Made by a program: the position numbers and the translations under genes
Part shown: positions 61,618 to 64,000 of the stretch, one piece after another
How the letters are laid out: each line of letters starts with the position of its first letter
How positions within the stretch are numbered: the stretch's first letter is position 1
DNA from: Methyloligellaceae bacterium
GTDB taxonomy: Bacteria > Pseudomonadota > Alphaproteobacteria > Rhizobiales > CBDHHC01
Direction of reading: 5' to 3'
Length of the DNA: 64,000 bases
Assembly: GCA_050633205.1 (NCBI GenBank)
Contig: JBOEGA010000019.1
Span: forward strand, 5,711-69,710
The notes under the pieces: model-generated
The model's database searches: none
What the model was told of the DNA's origin: nothing
Seen by the model: the letters and a program-made list of their open reading frames with translations, nothing else

Positions 61618-62811
61618 TTACAAAGCTTTGGAGTAGATATTATAGGCATCCTCCAATGTTACTTCGCGTGGATTATTCACAAGCAGTCTGGTTTGGTTCA
61701 TTGCAAACTCTGCCAGCCTGTTCAGATCCTCCGATTTAATTCCTACCTGCTCCAGCCGTGTTTCAAGACCAAGATCTTTTGTGAGGCCAGCCATAGCTTC
61801 AATAAAACGACTGCACACAATCTGCGAACCACCACTGGTATCAATTTCAGGAAAAATAACAGGCGCCAGCTCTGCATACTGTTCAGTACAGGCAGGTGCA
61901 TTAAACTCCATCACATGCGGCAGAACCAGAGCGTTGGACAAGCCATGCGCCACATGAAAAAAACCGCCAATCGGATAAGCCAGCGCATGAACAGCAGCCA
62001 CTGGCGAATTTGCAAATGCCTGCCCGGCAAGCATAGAACCCAGCAACATTCCAGAACGGGCTTCTTTATTATTTTTCCCGTTAAAGACAGCTTCTCTGAT
62101 ATTTGATCCAAGCAGGTGCAATGCCTGTTTTGCCAGACTTTGAGATATAGGGTTATTATTAGGACTTGCGGAAGTATACGCCTCAAGAGCATGAACCATG
62201 GCATCCACGCCAGTTGCGGCGGTAATATGAGGAGGAAGCCCCATGGTCAGATCCGCATCAAGCAAAGCAAGGTCAGGGTAAAGCAGCGGAGAAACCACTC
62301 CCTTTTTCTCGGATTCACCAGTTGTTACAATTGATATTGCAGTAACTTCTGATCCCGTACCTGATGTTGTTGGCACAAGAATAAGTGGCAACCTCGTCCC
62401 TCTGGCCAGATTTACACCATAAATGTCATCGAGATTTTGTTCTGATTTTGCGAGCAGCGCAACCAGCTTGGCAACATCCATGGAACTACCGCCACCAAAA
62501 CCAATTACTGCGGTAATATTCTGATCTTTAGCCTGTTGAACGGCCTTTAATACAGTTGTCTGGGGTGGATCAGCGGAAACTTCTGTAAACAGTTCAACTG
62601 CAATATTCGCACTTTGCAGACTGGCCATTGCCTCTCTGTGAAGCCCAAGATTAATGATACCCGGATCAGTAACAATCAGAACCCTTGTCCCACCTTCATT
62701 TTGCCAGACAAGGTTCTCAGCAATCTCAGCAATACGGGCAGCAGCGCCCTGTTCATGATGAATATAGCGGGCAGTATTAAATGAAAACGGCTTCATTTCT
62801 GTTATCTCCAA
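61618..62811 (-). CDS. iron-containing alcohol dehydrogenase
   Basis: GFGGGSSMDVAK, PTTSGTGSEVT, DAMVHALEAY, HALAYP, HGLSNA. Confidence 0.93.
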   Translation of the reverse strand: MEITEMKPFSFNTARYIHHEQGAAARIAEIAENLVWQNEGGTRVLIVTDPGIINLGLHREAMASLQSANIAVELFTEVSADPPQTTVLKAVQQAKDQNITAVIGFGGGSSMDVAKLVALLAKSEQNLDDIYGVNLARGTRLPLILVPTTSGTGSEVTAISIVTTGESEKKGVVSPLLYPDLALLDADLTMGLPPHITAATGVDAMVHALEAYTSASPNNNPISQSLAKQALHLLGSNIREAVFNGKNNKEARSGMLLGSMLAGQAFANSPVAAVHALAYPIGGFFHVAHGLSNALVLPHVMEFNAPACTEQYAELAPVIFPEIDTSGGSQIVCSRFIEAMAGLTKDLGLETRLEQVGIKSEDLNRLAEFAMNQTRLLVNNPREVTLEDAYNIYSKAL

Positions 62812-62814
62812 AAA

Positions 62815-63465
62815 TCAGGTAGCCAGCTCAGTAATCTGACCACGCTCTATCGAATAAACCTTGTCTACCAGATCTGCAGAGTGCGTATAATCCGACTCTG
62901 AAACCAGTACAGTCAGCCCCTTTTTTTTCAAACTGACAAGCACTTCCATTAAACGCCGTGCCAGCGCAGGGGCAACCCCTTCAAAAGGTTCATCAAGTAA
63001 TAACAGCTCAGACCCGCAAACCATAGCCCTGCCAAGGGCTACAAGCTTCTGCTGCCCCCCGCTCAGGGACAATGCTTTCCTGTCCTTAAACCTGGCAATC
63101 TCAGGCATGAGACCGTAGACCCAGTCTACACGCCCGAGATCTTCCTTGCGCTTTGTTGCCCACAAGGGGACCTGGATATTTTCCTCAACCGTAAAATGCG
63201 GTACCAGCCGCCTGTCTTCCGGCAGGTACCCAATCTTTAATGCTGCACGTTTATGCGGAGGTTGTTTGATAAGGTTATCTCCATCAAAAAAAATACCTCC
63301 TCCATCTGATGGAACAAGTCCCATAATAGACCGCATCAGAGTTGTCTTCCCAGCACCATTACGCCCGATAAGCCCAACAGTCGATCCTCTTGGAATCTCC
63401 ATGTTGACACCTCTGAGTATGGGAGCACGAGCGATAGAAACCTTAAGATCCTTGACTTCCAACAT
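62815..63465 (-). CDS. branched-chain amino acid-type ABC transporter ATP-binding protein (LivF-like)
   Basis: GRNGAGKTT, PEDRR, LSGGQQ, LLLDEP. Confidence 0.9.
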   Translation of the reverse strand: MLEVKDLKVSIARAPILRGVNMEIPRGSTVGLIGRNGAGKTTLMRSIMGLVPSDGGGIFFDGDNLIKQPPHKRAALKIGYLPEDRRLVPHFTVEENIQVPLWATKRKEDLGRVDWVYGLMPEIARFKDRKALSLSGGQQKLVALGRAMVCGSELLLLDEPFEGVAPALARRLMEVLVSLKKKGLTVLVSESDYTHSADLVDKVYSIERGQITELAT

Positions 63466-64000
63466 TACGCAGTCCCTCCTTTTCGGTGGAACTCCGAACC
63501 GATCACATACTCACGGACTTCCCTGTTTTCCAGAACTTCTGCTGTAGCCCCGTCTGCCAGCACCTTTCCCTCATAAAATGCCATTACGCGTGGGCTGAAA
63601 TGCTCGACAATTTCCATATCATGTTCAATAAACAGAACAGTGGTTTTCCTGCGCTTAAGTGCGGTAATCAGAACTTCCATAATCTGCATCTTTTCGTCTG
63701 CGCTGACACCACTTGTCGGCTCATCCAGAAACAGAAGTTCCGGACTTCCAACGGTAGCCATGGCAATATCCACAAGCTTGCGAACACCCTGAGCCAGTGT
63801 CCCCACGATCTGGTCGGCCTGGTCAGCAATTTTGAAACTATCGAGTATCTCCCTGGCTTCCTCGATAATTTCCGGTGTCATTGCCGGCCTGAATAAAGAT
63901 GGCTTGCGTTCTTTGGCAACGGTCAGGGCAATAATCACATTATCCAGCACTGACATCTCAAGAAATAATTGTGGGATCTGAAATGAACGGCAAATACCAA
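63465..64000 (-). CDS. branched-chain amino acid-type ABC transporter ATP-binding protein (LivG-like), 5' end outside the window
   Basis: Frame stays open to the window edge (GICRSFQIPQLF), LFLDEPTSG, IEHDM. Confidence 0.88.
   Translation of the reverse strand, partial: GICRSFQIPQLFLEMSVLDNVIIALTVAKERKPSLFRPAMTPEIIEEAREILDSFKIADQADQIVGTLAQGVRKLVDIAMATVGSPELLFLDEPTSGVSADEKMQIMEVLITALKRRKTTVLFIEHDMEIVEHFSPRVMAFYEGKVLADGATAEVLENREVREYVIGSEFHRKGGTA

Overview
Chromosomal segment of an AT-rich alphaproteobacterium, most likely order Hyphomicrobiales (judged from nuoN-birA-rnj, DUF1467, DUF2842-ctaA, sufE-DUF5330, DUF1491 and degP-RR-HK neighbourhoods). Mostly housekeeping genes: end of the nuo operon (J-N), birA, RNase J, an RND pump, kbl-tdh, ctaA, trmFO, sufE, queE/queC, eno, a fragment of the dcw cluster (ftsW-murG-murC-murB), hflKC, two DegP-type proteases, frmA, a two-component system, nfi and a partial ABC transporter. 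Accessory genes include a lone DUF262+DUF1524 nuclease and the rtcB2-prfH ribosome repair pair. No rRNA, tRNA, CRISPR array or transposase was seen. Main observations beyond the ORF track: (1) kbl appears to start at 13416 and has an in-frame TGA exactly at the family-conserved Cys, followed by a SECIS-like hairpin (new selenoprotein, or nonsense mutation/sequencing error); (2) a secreted Arg-rich protein built of seven Cx6Cx12-13Cx3C modules; (3) an 850-bp hairpin-dense region after eno holding a probable sRNA and a TA-flanked inverted-repeat element, where strand compositional bias and gene orientation also switch (probable replication terminus); (4) a 36-codon ORF with a strong SD that overlaps the rtcB2 start. 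All family assignments come from motif recognition by eye, not database searches.
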